Assembly: GCA_035628535.1 (NCBI GenBank)
Contig: DASPJQ010000833.1
Span: 1 to 38,586, forward strand
Direction of reading: 5' to 3'
Origin: Flavobacteriales bacterium
GTDB taxonomy: Bacteria; Bacteroidota; Bacteroidia; Flavobacteriales_D; UBA2798
Length of the DNA stretch: 38,586 nucleotides
The position numbers and the translations under genes are program-made. The notes under the pieces were generated by a model. It saw nothing but the letters and a program-made list of their open reading frames with translations. It did not search any database and had not been told where the DNA came from. Shown here in pieces: positions 17,680 through 26,824 of the stretch. The number at the start of each line of letters is the position of its first letter. Position 1 is the stretch's first letter.

Positions 17680-17910
17680 ATGGAATTAACACCCAAACAG
17701 GGTGAAGGGACTACTATTGCCCTGAAACCCTACTCCACGCAGGAGCTGGCAGACCTGTACGGCATATCGGTACATACATTCAAAAAGTGGATCGCGCCTT
17801 TCAAAGAATCGCTCGGAAAAAAAATAGGCTGGTACTGGAGCATTCCCCAGGTGAAGATCATTTTTCAAAAACTTGACCTGCCCAGCGTGATTGTCATACC
17901 AAACAACTAA
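17680..17910 (+). CDS. small HTH-like protein (DUF4248-like), paralog of 16819-17106
   Basis: YSTQELADLYGISVHTFKKWIAPFKESLGK...QVKIIFQKLDLP aligns motif for motif with the first copy. Confidence 0.6.
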   Translation: MELTPKQGEGTTIALKPYSTQELADLYGISVHTFKKWIAPFKESLGKKIGWYWSIPQVKIIFQKLDLPSVIVIPNN

Positions 17911-18052
17911 GAAGTACATGCAATTTTCTAAAACAGTTTATACAAAACGATACAAAAACAAAAGTACTGAGCAAAGCGCAAACCCATGTCAGGACACGGT
18001 TTCATCTTTGTACCCTGAATTGATAACAACACATAAACACACACCTCAAATT

Positions 18053-18247
18053 ATGGACATGAGAACGCAACAGGACACCAGCACCAATATATTTCTCACC
18101 GCAGCCGTGGTGCTGGCTAACGTAGATTATTCGGGCCTGCTCGAATACGGGTTAAAGGCAGCAATAGGCGGCATGATATGGATGGGCTTTAAGCTGGCAG
18201 GCGATGGTATCAGCAATTACTTACGCAAACGCAACACAAAAAAATGA
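18053..18247 (+). CDS. small membrane protein
   Basis: From MDMRTQQD there is one hydrophobic/glycine-zipper helix (AAIGGMIWMGFKLAGDG) and a basic tail. Its stop overlaps the next start (ATGA). Confidence 0.45.
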   Translation: MDMRTQQDTSTNIFLTAAVVLANVDYSGLLEYGLKAAIGGMIWMGFKLAGDGISNYLRKRNTKK

Positions 18248-18738
18248 AGACCTGGGCAAAGTGGACCATTGGTTTGGGAACAGTTGGTGTAGGTACATTA
18301 TGCGTGTACCTGTACAGGCTCAGTAAAACCAATAACGGGCTTGATGTTATTCCAAGTGTGCGTGTGCATTCCCTTTACCCTTTCACGCTGGCGATTGATG
18401 CTGAAATCAAGAATCCGACCAACACAGCCATTACAGTTATGCAACCTTATGTAAAACTGTTTTACAAAGATACCCCGGTAGGTACATCAAACCTTGTGAA
18501 TACTGAAATACCCATACCCAAATACGGAAGTGTCAAACTGCCTCAGCCGATCATGCTGACTATACCGCTGCTTGGGTTGTTTTCCATTGGTGGTACGCTG
18601 CTGAATGATCTTACAAGCGGGCAGCCCATCAAATTAAAAGTTCAGCCCTTTACGAGCCTGAAAACACCCGTGGCGTGGAAAACAATTACGCTTGACCCGC
18701 TTGAAATAACCCTGAATAACCCTGCGCCCAAAGCATGA
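18244..18738 (+). CDS. membrane-anchored LEA_2/NDR1-like beta-sandwich protein
   Basis: An N-terminal TM (WTIGLGTVGVGTLCVYLY) is followed by a beta-rich domain with the pattern IDAEIKNPTN...V...LFYKDTPVG typical of LEA14-like folds. The call is from memory. Confidence 0.5.
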   Translation: MKTWAKWTIGLGTVGVGTLCVYLYRLSKTNNGLDVIPSVRVHSLYPFTLAIDAEIKNPTNTAITVMQPYVKLFYKDTPVGTSNLVNTEIPIPKYGSVKLPQPIMLTIPLLGLFSIGGTLLNDLTSGQPIKLKVQPFTSLKTPVAWKTITLDPLEITLNNPAPKA

Positions 18739-20717
18739 CCGCAACCGAAGGAAAATATAACACGCTAAGTCTTGCGCCCTACAGGCGCCTGTTCCCGCCT
18801 GCGCGCGTGGTTGACATCACGGTGAAAAAAAGTGCAGACGTGTCGGACACGGTGGCCTTCATTCCTGAGATCATCAGTCAAACGCGCTGGCAGGTAAAGG
18901 ATTTTGTGGAGACAGAACTGAGGGGCATGTCAACCGAGGATGCACTAATTAAATTATGGTATTGGGTCAAATGCCACATTCCATACGCGCCTGACCAGCG
19001 CGGTAAAGAGCAGGTAAAAACCCCGCGCAGGACGGTGCATGATGCCTGGCAGGGCAAAGGCTCGGATTGTGACGACATGACCACATTTGTTTCCTGCTGC
19101 GCAAGCTGGCTGGGTGGAATTAAAGAAATAATTCATACGATCTCCAAATACGGAGGCTCTGGCTGGCAGCACATTTACCCAACGGTCATTTTACGCAATG
19201 GCAAAAGGATTATCATGGACTGCGTAACAGATGCCTACAATTATGAAAAACCACCAACACAAAGAGAAGAACACATTATGGACTTAGAATTATTAGATGG
19301 AATTGACGACTGGAACGAGCTTGGCAAACTGAATTTAAAGAGCGTTGTTCAGAATGTTACCAGTGCTGTAAAAACCGCTGCCAGCAATGCGGGTAATGCC
19401 ATCCAGACAGCCGTTAAGAAAACAGGCGAAGCAATCAAGGATAAAGCGGATGATATACTGCACGCTGTCAACAAGGTTAATCCTGCAACTGTCCTTCTGC
19501 GCAACGGTGTGCTGGCTGCCATGAAGGTAAACATGATGAATGTGGCGGGCCGCCTGCGCTGGGCATACCTGTCTGATGCCAACGTTGCCAAAAGCGGCAT
19601 TGACAAAGGCAAACACGACAAACTCAAAAGCATTATGGCTAAACTGGAAGATATTTTCCACGGAGCCGGGGGCGAACCCAAAAACCTGAAAGCGGCTATA
19701 CTGGAAGGTAAGGGCAACAAAGATCATTCAGTCGCGGGACTGGACACCTTGAGTATTTATTCGCCCCTGTCTGAAGTACTGGGACCTGAGATATACCACG
19801 AAGAATATGCCAGCGTGCAGGGATTAGGTGAGCTGGGTGAAGTGGCAACAGCCACCAGCATGGCAGCAGCCACGGGAGCCATAGCCACGATTGCGGCATT
19901 GATTAAGCAGATTGGGAACCTGTTTCCCAAGGGAACGCCTGGGGCAGCAGATTTTGATGCAGGAGACTCAGAAACACCCGATGCACCCGGCACCCCTTCC
20001 ACTGCCTCGATCCTCACCACGATTAGCAGTGCAGTCAATACCGTTAAACAGGTTTTGCCTGTTGTGCCCGGCAAACCTGTAGTGCCGCCTCCAACGCACG
20101 GGCCGGTATATGTGACAAAAGAACTGCCCGCGTTGGTTGCTCCCGCTAAAACAGGTGTTTCATTGACTCAGCAGCGTAACGGGGCCGTCCCAGCAGCACC
20201 CGCAGTCACTACACAGTTTTCCCCTCAAACCCTTCCCGTGCAAGACGAAAACACGCAGGTTTTTGTAAAGCCCACGGTTGCACCGCCACAAAATTTTGTG
20301 CCCATGCCCGATGATGCTGTAAAACCTGCCACAAACACCGATGATAAAAAACCTGCCGCAAAACCTTCGTGGGTGCTGCCCCTTGCCATCGGGGGCGGAA
20401 TCCTTGTACTGGCAGGAGCAGGCTACATGATCTACCGTGCCTCGCAAAAAAAGAAGCTGAAAGGCCATAGCAGCGATGCTGTAGACGGAACGGGTGATGA
20501 GATGGGCTATGTACTGGTTGAGGAAACAAGCCCGTCAGAAACGCCCAAAAAGCCTGAAACGGAAACAAGCCCGCTTGAAGGTTTTGTACTGGTAGAAGAA
20601 ACAAACCCCACGCAAGCACCACTAAAAGCAGAATCCAGCCCGCCCGAAGGTTTTGTACTGGTTGAGGAAACAAGCAACGAAGAACCTGAGCAGCTAACGG
20701 CAGTACCACTTATGTAA
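18735..20717 (+). CDS. transglutaminase-like cysteine protease domain protein with Pro/Ala-rich linker, TM anchor and triple (G/E)G(Y/F)VLVEET tail
   Basis: A Cys-His-Asp context is present (GKGSDCDDMTTF ... WQHIYP ... IIMDCVTD). The TM helix WVLPLAIGGGILVLAGAGYMIY is followed by RASQKKKLK. Three repeats read GYVLVEETS, GFVLVEETN and GFVLVEETS. Confidence 0.65.
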   Translation: MTATEGKYNTLSLAPYRRLFPPARVVDITVKKSADVSDTVAFIPEIISQTRWQVKDFVETELRGMSTEDALIKLWYWVKCHIPYAPDQRGKEQVKTPRRTVHDAWQGKGSDCDDMTTFVSCCASWLGGIKEIIHTISKYGGSGWQHIYPTVILRNGKRIIMDCVTDAYNYEKPPTQREEHIMDLELLDGIDDWNELGKLNLKSVVQNVTSAVKTAASNAGNAIQTAVKKTGEAIKDKADDILHAVNKVNPATVLLRNGVLAAMKVNMMNVAGRLRWAYLSDANVAKSGIDKGKHDKLKSIMAKLEDIFHGAGGEPKNLKAAILEGKGNKDHSVAGLDTLSIYSPLSEVLGPEIYHEEYASVQGLGELGEVATATSMAAATGAIATIAALIKQIGNLFPKGTPGAADFDAGDSETPDAPGTPSTASILTTISSAVNTVKQVLPVVPGKPVVPPPTHGPVYVTKELPALVAPAKTGVSLTQQRNGAVPAAPAVTTQFSPQTLPVQDENTQVFVKPTVAPPQNFVPMPDDAVKPATNTDDKKPAAKPSWVLPLAIGGGILVLAGAGYMIYRASQKKKLKGHSSDAVDGTGDEMGYVLVEETSPSETPKKPETETSPLEGFVLVEETNPTQAPLKAESSPPEGFVLVEETSNEEPEQLTAVPLM

Positions 20718-20745
20718 AAACATTTAAACACGAAATAAAACAAAT

Positions 20746-21408
20746 ATGAGCAATAATTCTTACGAAAAGAAAGCCGTCAAAAAAGGTCTGCTTGGCTCGG
20801 TCAACGAAAGCCCGGCAACCAAGGGCAATATTTCATCCACACTCACACAAACCGGGCTTGACCTGCTTTTGGGAGGCATTGCAGGCAGCTTTGTGGGGAG
20901 CCTTGCAGGACGATATTCCCTGCTTGGCGGGGCAGTGGTAACTGGCGCAAGCTATTACATGGGAAGCCGCTTAGGAGCATCCTTTGGCATCGGTATCATG
21001 TCGGGAGGATATTTCAGCATCGTAAACGGTGTAGGTAGTCTTGAAGGGACAACAATGGACAACATCAAAGCGCGCTCCAAGGTGTTTGCCGAAGGTCTGA
21101 AACAAAAACTATTCCTGGACAAGATTCTCAAAAGCAAAAAAACCGATGCTGCCACAACAACCACTTCTGCGACTGCGGCACAATCCCAGCCTGTAAGCGG
21201 AACCGAACAGGTACGGTATTTCATGTACCCCCAAAGCGATGCGCAGGTGCAGGGACCGGGCGAGCTGGATATGTCTGCCCTTGACCGCCTCAATGCACAG
21301 GTAGCCGAAAGCGCAAAGGCATATAAAGCCCAGTCCAAAGAGAATCCGCAGCAGGTTTCAGGACTTGCAGGCGTACTTGGTGACCTGCTCACAGAACGCA
21401 TACTCTAA
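20746..21408 (+). CDS. glycine-zipper membrane protein
   Basis: LLLGGIAGSFVGSLAGRYSLLGGAVVTGASYYMGSRLGASFGIGIMSGG is followed by a Thr/Ala-rich, helical C-terminal half. Confidence 0.6.
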   Translation: MSNNSYEKKAVKKGLLGSVNESPATKGNISSTLTQTGLDLLLGGIAGSFVGSLAGRYSLLGGAVVTGASYYMGSRLGASFGIGIMSGGYFSIVNGVGSLEGTTMDNIKARSKVFAEGLKQKLFLDKILKSKKTDAATTTTSATAAQSQPVSGTEQVRYFMYPQSDAQVQGPGELDMSALDRLNAQVAESAKAYKAQSKENPQQVSGLAGVLGDLLTERIL

Positions 21409-21516
21409 CCCCCGAAGAAAATATCAAAACACTTTCCCGCTGGGGCCAACACCTATAGCGAGCAGGGATAACTCACGCATAAAAATTTAAAAAACACACA
21501 TTAAAACACACACATT

Positions 21517-22236
21517 ATGTTAGGATTATTAGAAGGCATTGACGAGTACAACAACGCAGGTGCGTTGCTCGGACTTGAAGGATTGGACAACGATGAGCTG
21601 CTTGGCGCGCTCAGGCAAATGAATCCTTTGCAGCGGCAAAAGACCATCAACAAACTGACCGCCCCTCCGGTAGCCTCCAAAGGCTCAAGGGCCGAAATGG
21701 AAAAACATTTCGCTGAACTACCCGACCACATCCGGGAAGGACTGCTCAAAGGTGAACTACGTTTGGCCGACACCGTTATTTACAGCATCAAACCCGTGCT
21801 TGGCCTGACCACAAAATTTTTTGAGACGCAGGATGATATGGAGAAGGGACTGCGCTCGGTGAGCAACGCCAAGCTCCAACGCGGACAGGCGCTGCTGGTT
21901 TCAGGTATCATCATGCTTGCGGGCGTTTCAGCAGACGCAACCAAGGCAAAAGTAATCGGCACCGCATATGACAAAATTGAAACGTTCCCGGCTATTGCCA
22001 ATGGTGAATTTTCCCTGAAGGCAAACAAAAAGCAGATCGTACCTGACACCTCCAACAACGTCTTCAAGACCTCCAACATGAACATGGTCCCCATCGGGTA
22101 TTACAAGCTGGCAAACCCGCGCATCATTCCCGATGATGTCCAGATCGAATTCACTATGGAACTTGGGTCGATGGAAGCCATCGCAGCCAATACACACGTG
22201 TTTGTCGGATTGCACGGCACAATTACAACACCTTAA
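21517..22236 (+). CDS. candidate major structural (capsid-like) protein
   Basis: This 239-aa protein has a helical acidic N-terminus and a beta-rich C-terminal ~150 aa (ANGEFSLKANKKQIV...YYKLANPRIIPDDVQIEFTMELG...HVFVGLHGTITTP). It follows a 108-bp gap and is followed by a hairpin. The function is inferred only. Confidence 0.45.
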   Translation: MLGLLEGIDEYNNAGALLGLEGLDNDELLGALRQMNPLQRQKTINKLTAPPVASKGSRAEMEKHFAELPDHIREGLLKGELRLADTVIYSIKPVLGLTTKFFETQDDMEKGLRSVSNAKLQRGQALLVSGIIMLAGVSADATKAKVIGTAYDKIETFPAIANGEFSLKANKKQIVPDTSNNVFKTSNMNMVPIGYYKLANPRIIPDDVQIEFTMELGSMEAIAANTHVFVGLHGTITTP

Positions 22237-22263
22237 CCCACACACCATACCCACACACACTAG

Positions 22264-22300
22264 CAGACCCGCTATCTGGAAAAAGACGCGGGTTTGCTTT
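22264..22300 (+). terminator. possible terminator/attenuator hairpin
   Basis: The stem is cagacccgc/gcgggtttg with one G-U pair and a 14-nt loop. The downstream T-tract (ctttc) is weak. Confidence 0.3.
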
Positions 22301-22319
22301 CACCAAAAACACTTAAACA

Positions 22320-22694
22320 ATGAGTAAAACGCTTAAAAAACGCTTCGATATTCTGGTTACCGATGAGGAAGGCAAGTTTTCAGAAACCTTTGAACTGGAC
22401 AAGGACATTACGGCAGTTAAAGGTCTGCTGCTGGCTTCTGACCGTGATGACCTGCTTTATTTCAGGGGCAGCCAGAAAATCCAGATCAATTCCGAAGAAA
22501 TTTTCCCCGAAGACTACGAATCAAAACTGCTCATGTCGGGCATTAACGTAGCCCCTGGCGAACGGTTTTATGACTTAGGTGGAGTTGGCACGGGCAACCG
22601 CGTAGTTAAGGTGGAATTTAAAGACAACCAAACCACTCAGGCAAGTTTTGAGCCTTACAGGGTATCGCTTTACCTGGACTGTATCACCAATTAG
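22320..22694 (+). CDS. hypothetical beta-rich protein (candidate structural)
   Basis: This 124-aa product shows an alternating beta-strand pattern (VVKVEFKDNQTTQASFEPYRVSLYLDC). Confidence 0.55.
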   Translation: MSKTLKKRFDILVTDEEGKFSETFELDKDITAVKGLLLASDRDDLLYFRGSQKIQINSEEIFPEDYESKLLMSGINVAPGERFYDLGGVGTGNRVVKVEFKDNQTTQASFEPYRVSLYLDCITN

Positions 22695-22704
22695 TTGTAA
22701 GATC

Positions 22705-23175
22705 ATGTTCAGGGATAAAGTCATATCACGTAAAATCATAGTCAACAATCAGGAAATGGTGTATTTCTCCATTCGCCTGCCGGATAATGCCACTCAGATG
22801 ATCGGTGTTGAATATGGCGTAAGGTTTTTAGGAGACGTGTCATTACCGGAGTCAGCCGATAGCCACGTCAGCAGTTTTGCAATTGCGCTGCCTGTAACTG
22901 TGGGCAACTTAAGGCTGGAGCATCCCGGATGCAGCGGACTGTTTTATTCAACAAGCGTAAAAGCTCCTGATACCCTTATAGGCTTCGGTGATTTTTCTAT
23001 AGCGGCCTTGTTTAAGCCGCAGGTTTTCACCCACGCAAAAAAAAACCTTGAAGATCCTGTACTGGTTCCAAAACAGGCAAGATTGATTACTGGTATTTAC
23101 CAAAACATAGCACGCACCAGACATGAACTTTTGGTGCACCTGTGGTATGCTATCGGAAAAGGAGGTACAGCATGA
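22705..23175 (+). CDS. hypothetical beta-rich protein (candidate structural)
   Basis: The ATG at 22705 (MFRDKVISRK) lies 11 nt after the previous stop. The stop overlaps the next start. Confidence 0.55.
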   Translation: MFRDKVISRKIIVNNQEMVYFSIRLPDNATQMIGVEYGVRFLGDVSLPESADSHVSSFAIALPVTVGNLRLEHPGCSGLFYSTSVKAPDTLIGFGDFSIAALFKPQVFTHAKKNLEDPVLVPKQARLITGIYQNIARTRHELLVHLWYAIGKGGTA

Positions 23176-23525
23176 ATGCCGCTATCATTCCTTTTTACAT
23201 CGACAGCCGCATGAAAGAGCAGGGCCATTGCAACGGTTACGTCATGCGGGTAAAACATTACGTGATTGGCCCGCGCCAGACTGTTAAGGTCCCGGCTTAC
23301 GGTGAAATTTTTATCCTGCTCGAACCTGTACCCGATGTGAAGATAGAAAGTGATTTAGGTGTTTTCTCCAATACTGGAATGGCACCGGAGCAGCAGCATG
23401 AACACACCGGGCAGATTCTACTAACCAACCTGAGCAGTAACGGTAATTGCGACGTGCAGTTTGTTCAGGCCATTCCTTTAGATGCACACCCTGAGGATTG
23501 CACACCCTGTAATAATACCCAATAA
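23172..23525 (+). CDS. hypothetical beta-rich protein (candidate structural)
   Basis: The ATG at 23172 is preceded by aaggagg and overlaps the upstream stop (ATGA). The product has a cupin/jelly-roll-like strand pattern (GEIFILLEPVPDVKIESDLGVF...GQILLTNLSS...VQFVQAIP). Confidence 0.55.
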   Translation: MNAAIIPFYIDSRMKEQGHCNGYVMRVKHYVIGPRQTVKVPAYGEIFILLEPVPDVKIESDLGVFSNTGMAPEQQHEHTGQILLTNLSSNGNCDVQFVQAIPLDAHPEDCTPCNNTQ

Positions 23526-23527
23526 CC

Positions 23528-24340
23528 ATGAGAGAAAAATTTGAACAAAATAAAGTAAACCTGCTCCAGCGCTATTTACAACAGCAGGCAGAAAAGAATG
23601 CCTCAAGGTATTTTGAAATATACGTGGACAACCTCAAGGTCGTGCCAAAGACCAATGACGTAAACGAGTTTGAGACCTATCATGAGTTTATTACGCCCGA
23701 TACTAAGCTGCTCAAAATATTGATTTATTCCACCTCTGCTACTTCTCCCAGGAACGAGCCGCATTATTACTATTTTGCTGACGAAAACCCTGTGCAGCCT
23801 GCGGTGCAGACATTAAGCGGGGTTGAGATTGACCAGCGGCTGAGTGAAAAAATTTCAGCCGAACGGCAAAAGTGGGAGGCAGACCAGCAGGCGAAAGAAT
23901 TTTCCGAAACACGTAAAAAACTTTCCGAAGCCGAAGAATACATAGAGAAGCTGGAAAGCCAGCTAAGCGAATACAAAGGCAAAAAGTTGCACTGGGGCGA
24001 TGTGAATCTGGGGGAACTGGCCTCAGTGATGCTCGAAGGTTTTGTAAGGCGCAACCCGCAACTGCTCGCCAAACTGCCGGGAGGTGAAAATCTGGCAGGC
24101 ATTATTGAGATGGACAACAAGGAAAAATTACAGATTTCCCAGCAGCCCGTTGCAGAAGCCAGTTTTTCAAAAAAGAGCGATGAAGTCTCGGCAGAACACG
24201 GGCCGTACATCCAACTGTTAAAACAGCTTGAAACCTGTTTTTCGCAAGGGGATTTAAACACGGTCATGAAAATACTCGGTGTGCTCATTGAGCAACCCCA
24301 GCACCTTCCCACAGTAGCAGACCTGTTAGGCATCAACTAA
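23528..24340 (+). CDS. coiled-coil protein (scaffold-like)
   Basis: The central region is a long charged helix (SEKISAERQKWEADQQAKEFSETRKKLSEAEEYIEKLESQLSEYKGKK). The function is inferred. Confidence 0.55.
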   Translation: MREKFEQNKVNLLQRYLQQQAEKNASRYFEIYVDNLKVVPKTNDVNEFETYHEFITPDTKLLKILIYSTSATSPRNEPHYYYFADENPVQPAVQTLSGVEIDQRLSEKISAERQKWEADQQAKEFSETRKKLSEAEEYIEKLESQLSEYKGKKLHWGDVNLGELASVMLEGFVRRNPQLLAKLPGGENLAGIIEMDNKEKLQISQQPVAEASFSKKSDEVSAEHGPYIQLLKQLETCFSQGDLNTVMKILGVLIEQPQHLPTVADLLGIN

Positions 24341-24378
24341 CCGCAACTCCATCACCATTCACGCACAAATAATTCAAT

Positions 24379-24561
24379 ATGAGCAAATTTACCTACAACA
24401 TCACCCTTTCAGCGGTGAGTGAAAAAGAAGCTGAATCAAAAATGCGCGCGCTTACAGTGCTGGCAGCGCGCCTTACTGAAAAGGAAATTTCCAAACTGGC
24501 CGACATCATTCAAAACGACCCGCAAAAAACTGCCCTGGCAAAAAAAGCACTCGGAGTTTAA
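24379..24561 (+). CDS. small helical hypothetical protein
   Basis: This 60-aa ORF is in the operon frame and lies 3 nt before the next start. Confidence 0.45.
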   Translation: MSKFTYNITLSAVSEKEAESKMRALTVLAARLTEKEISKLADIIQNDPQKTALAKKALGV

Positions 24562-24564
24562 TCC

Positions 24565-25356
24565 ATGACCACACCCGCAACCACATATCCATCCGTTCCC
24601 GCCCAGACTGGCATTGCACCCGTATCGCCCAATGCAGTGCCAATGCCTGCTGTGGTTCCTGCGCAATATGTGGCGCCTTACGCTACTGTGCCACCTGCTA
24701 ATGCAGCAAGTCAAAAATCCTCTATAAAGGAAACGGTGATTTACGGATTGATTGGTGTGGCGGGTGCAGGGATTACTTTTTTACTGCTGCGCAAGGTGTT
24801 CCGTGATTTCCGCTCAGGACTGGAAGAAAAAAAGAGTATGGACACGGGCAGCGAAGCCAACACAGCCAAGCAGATTAACAAAGCCCTGTACGATTACTGG
24901 ACCGGAACTGACGAGGAAGAACTGCGCAGGATACTGAGCAGTGTCAAATCACAGCAGCAATGGCAAAAGATCGGGAATTCCTACCACAGCATGTACAACA
25001 AATACCTGATGACGGCACTGGAGGAGGAATTGTCAACCACGGAGTTTAACGAAATGAACGCGATCATAAACTCCAAGCCGGACAAGGAAGGCGGTGCCGT
25101 GGCTTCGGAGGTGCAGATAGCCAACTGGGCAAAACGCCTCAATGCCGCAGTCAACCTTTGGTACTTGGGAATGATACCGGGAACGGATGAGGCAGCGATT
25201 AAAGCCGTGTTCATGGAAATACCTTCCCAATCGGTTTACGCTAAGGTTGCGGGCAAATACGAAGCGGAGTATGGCACCAAATGGCTCGATGACTTAAAAG
25301 GTGATATGGACGATTGGGACGATTATATAAAGATCATTACAGCAAAACCACATTAA
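24565..25356 (+). CDS. single-pass membrane protein
   Basis: A Pro/Ala-rich N-terminus precedes a TM helix (VIYGLIGVAGAGITFLLL) and a helical C-terminal domain. Confidence 0.6.
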   Translation: MTTPATTYPSVPAQTGIAPVSPNAVPMPAVVPAQYVAPYATVPPANAASQKSSIKETVIYGLIGVAGAGITFLLLRKVFRDFRSGLEEKKSMDTGSEANTAKQINKALYDYWTGTDEEELRRILSSVKSQQQWQKIGNSYHSMYNKYLMTALEEELSTTEFNEMNAIINSKPDKEGGAVASEVQIANWAKRLNAAVNLWYLGMIPGTDEAAIKAVFMEIPSQSVYAKVAGKYEAEYGTKWLDDLKGDMDDWDDYIKIITAKPH

Positions 25357-25358
25357 AC

Positions 25359-26339
25359 ATGCAAACAGTACAAACCCATGATACAGTTATGCCGGGTGCA
25401 ACCTCTGCGGCAAATCCGGCAACCGCTGCGCTGGTTCCTGAAAAAAAGAAGAACAGTAAAGTAAGAGCAGCCATCATTGGGGTGAGTGTGGTGGCGGCTG
25501 GGGTTTGCGGGTATTATTTTTTGTGGCCGCTTTTCAGGCGCAAAGGCACCTCAAATAACAGCAGCGTTGCACCGCAAGCCACCAGTAACACTTCAACCCA
25601 AACCAACAGCTACACCCCTTCCCAAACCAGCACTGCACCTGCAAAATCTGTTACCCCGGCACGAAACGATAATTTTCCTCTGAAGCAAGGCAGTAAAGGA
25701 CCAAACGTAACCATGCTTCAAAACGCGCTTATTGCCAGATATGGCAAAAGTATCCTGCCCAAATACGGTGCTGATGGAGATTTTGGAGCAGAAACAGTTG
25801 CCGCATTGAAAAGCAGGGGACTTTCCACGCCAGTAGATCAGGCAACATTTATTTCACTCACCGAAGGAACTAAAATAGATCCTGTTCAGTACGCCAAAAA
25901 CATTGCAGCGGCTGTACTATTGGGATTCGATAAAGTGCTGCCCTTGCTTCAAAAGATTAAAACAGCCCAGCAGTACAAGGACGTTTCCAACCAGTTCAAG
26001 GAAATACGTATAGGACTTATCCGTTACCAAAGCCTGCTTTCTGCCATGTTTCGCCTTTATACAGAATCAGGCCAGCAAAGCCAGTTAAGAAAGGCATTCA
26101 CAAACATGGGCTTAATCTATAAACCCGATGAGGATACCTGGAAGCTGCCTGATAATCTTTCGGGGTTTGAATTAATCACTACGCAGATCACGCACGTGTG
26201 GCCCGATCCCCAAACTGCTGTCCAGGTACCACCCAACATGGTACTGGGGCAGGAAATCGGGCGGCAGGATGATTTTGTCGCATTTGAAAACGGGGGACGC
26301 AGATTCCTTGTACCTGCTGCACATGTGCGCTATACCTGA
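25359..26339 (+). CDS. membrane-anchored peptidoglycan-binding domain protein
   Basis: A TM helix (AAIIGVSVVAAGVCGYYFLW) and a Ser/Thr linker are followed by a PG_binding_1-like repeat (LKQGSKGPNVTMLQNALIARYG...DGDFGAETVAALKS). Confidence 0.7.
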   Translation: MQTVQTHDTVMPGATSAANPATAALVPEKKKNSKVRAAIIGVSVVAAGVCGYYFLWPLFRRKGTSNNSSVAPQATSNTSTQTNSYTPSQTSTAPAKSVTPARNDNFPLKQGSKGPNVTMLQNALIARYGKSILPKYGADGDFGAETVAALKSRGLSTPVDQATFISLTEGTKIDPVQYAKNIAAAVLLGFDKVLPLLQKIKTAQQYKDVSNQFKEIRIGLIRYQSLLSAMFRLYTESGQQSQLRKAFTNMGLIYKPDEDTWKLPDNLSGFELITTQITHVWPDPQTAVQVPPNMVLGQEIGRQDDFVAFENGGRRFLVPAAHVRYT

Positions 26340-26371
26340 CACTTTTTTTAAACACCTAAAATCTATCAATT

Positions 26372-26824
26372 ATGAGGCTAATACGCTACATCGCGGTACA
26401 CTGTACCGACACCCTTGCATCAGCAACGGTTGAATCCATTAAGAACTACTGGAAAAATCACCTGAAATGGAAACGTCCCGGCTATCACTACATCATCAAG
26501 GCCGATGGCGAGGTGGTAAAGCTGCTTGACGAAGAAAAAATTTCAAATGGCGTTTTGGGTTTTAACCCTGTTACGGTAAACATTTGCTACATCGGTGGCC
26601 GCACAAAGGAAAAAACCAAAATTGATACGCGTACCGAGGCGCAAAAAGAATCCATGTTTGACCTGCTGGTTGAACTTTCCGAGCGATACCCTGAAGCAGA
26701 GATCAAGGGACATTGCGAGTTTCCCGGTCAGGGGGGCAGGACCTGTCCCAACTTCAATGTGAAGGAATGGCTTAGGAATTACACGCCTAAACTGGAGGAC
26801 AACGACCTGGATATTGCCGCTTAA
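26372..26824 (+). CDS. N-acetylmuramoyl-L-alanine amidase (amidase_2/PGRP, T7-lysozyme-like)
   Basis: Motifs IAVHCTDT, GYHYIIKADGEV, NICYIGG and GHCEF...TCPNFNV are present. Confidence 0.85.
   Translation: MRLIRYIAVHCTDTLASATVESIKNYWKNHLKWKRPGYHYIIKADGEVVKLLDEEKISNGVLGFNPVTVNICYIGGRTKEKTKIDTRTEAQKESMFDLLVELSERYPEAEIKGHCEFPGQGGRTCPNFNVKEWLRNYTPKLEDNDLDIAA

Noticed and set aside
18878-21401. Many minus-strand ORFs of 67-166 aa lie opposite the transglutaminase-like and glycine-zipper genes.
   Set aside because: They are typical shadow ORFs in a GC-richer, Ala/Pro-coding region. The plus-strand genes form a translationally coupled series.
23770-24336. A 188-aa minus-strand ORF lies opposite the coiled-coil protein gene.
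   Set aside because: Its Ser/Cys-rich translation is what the antisense of a Glu/Lys/Leu-rich coiled coil would give. It would also break the co-directional operon.
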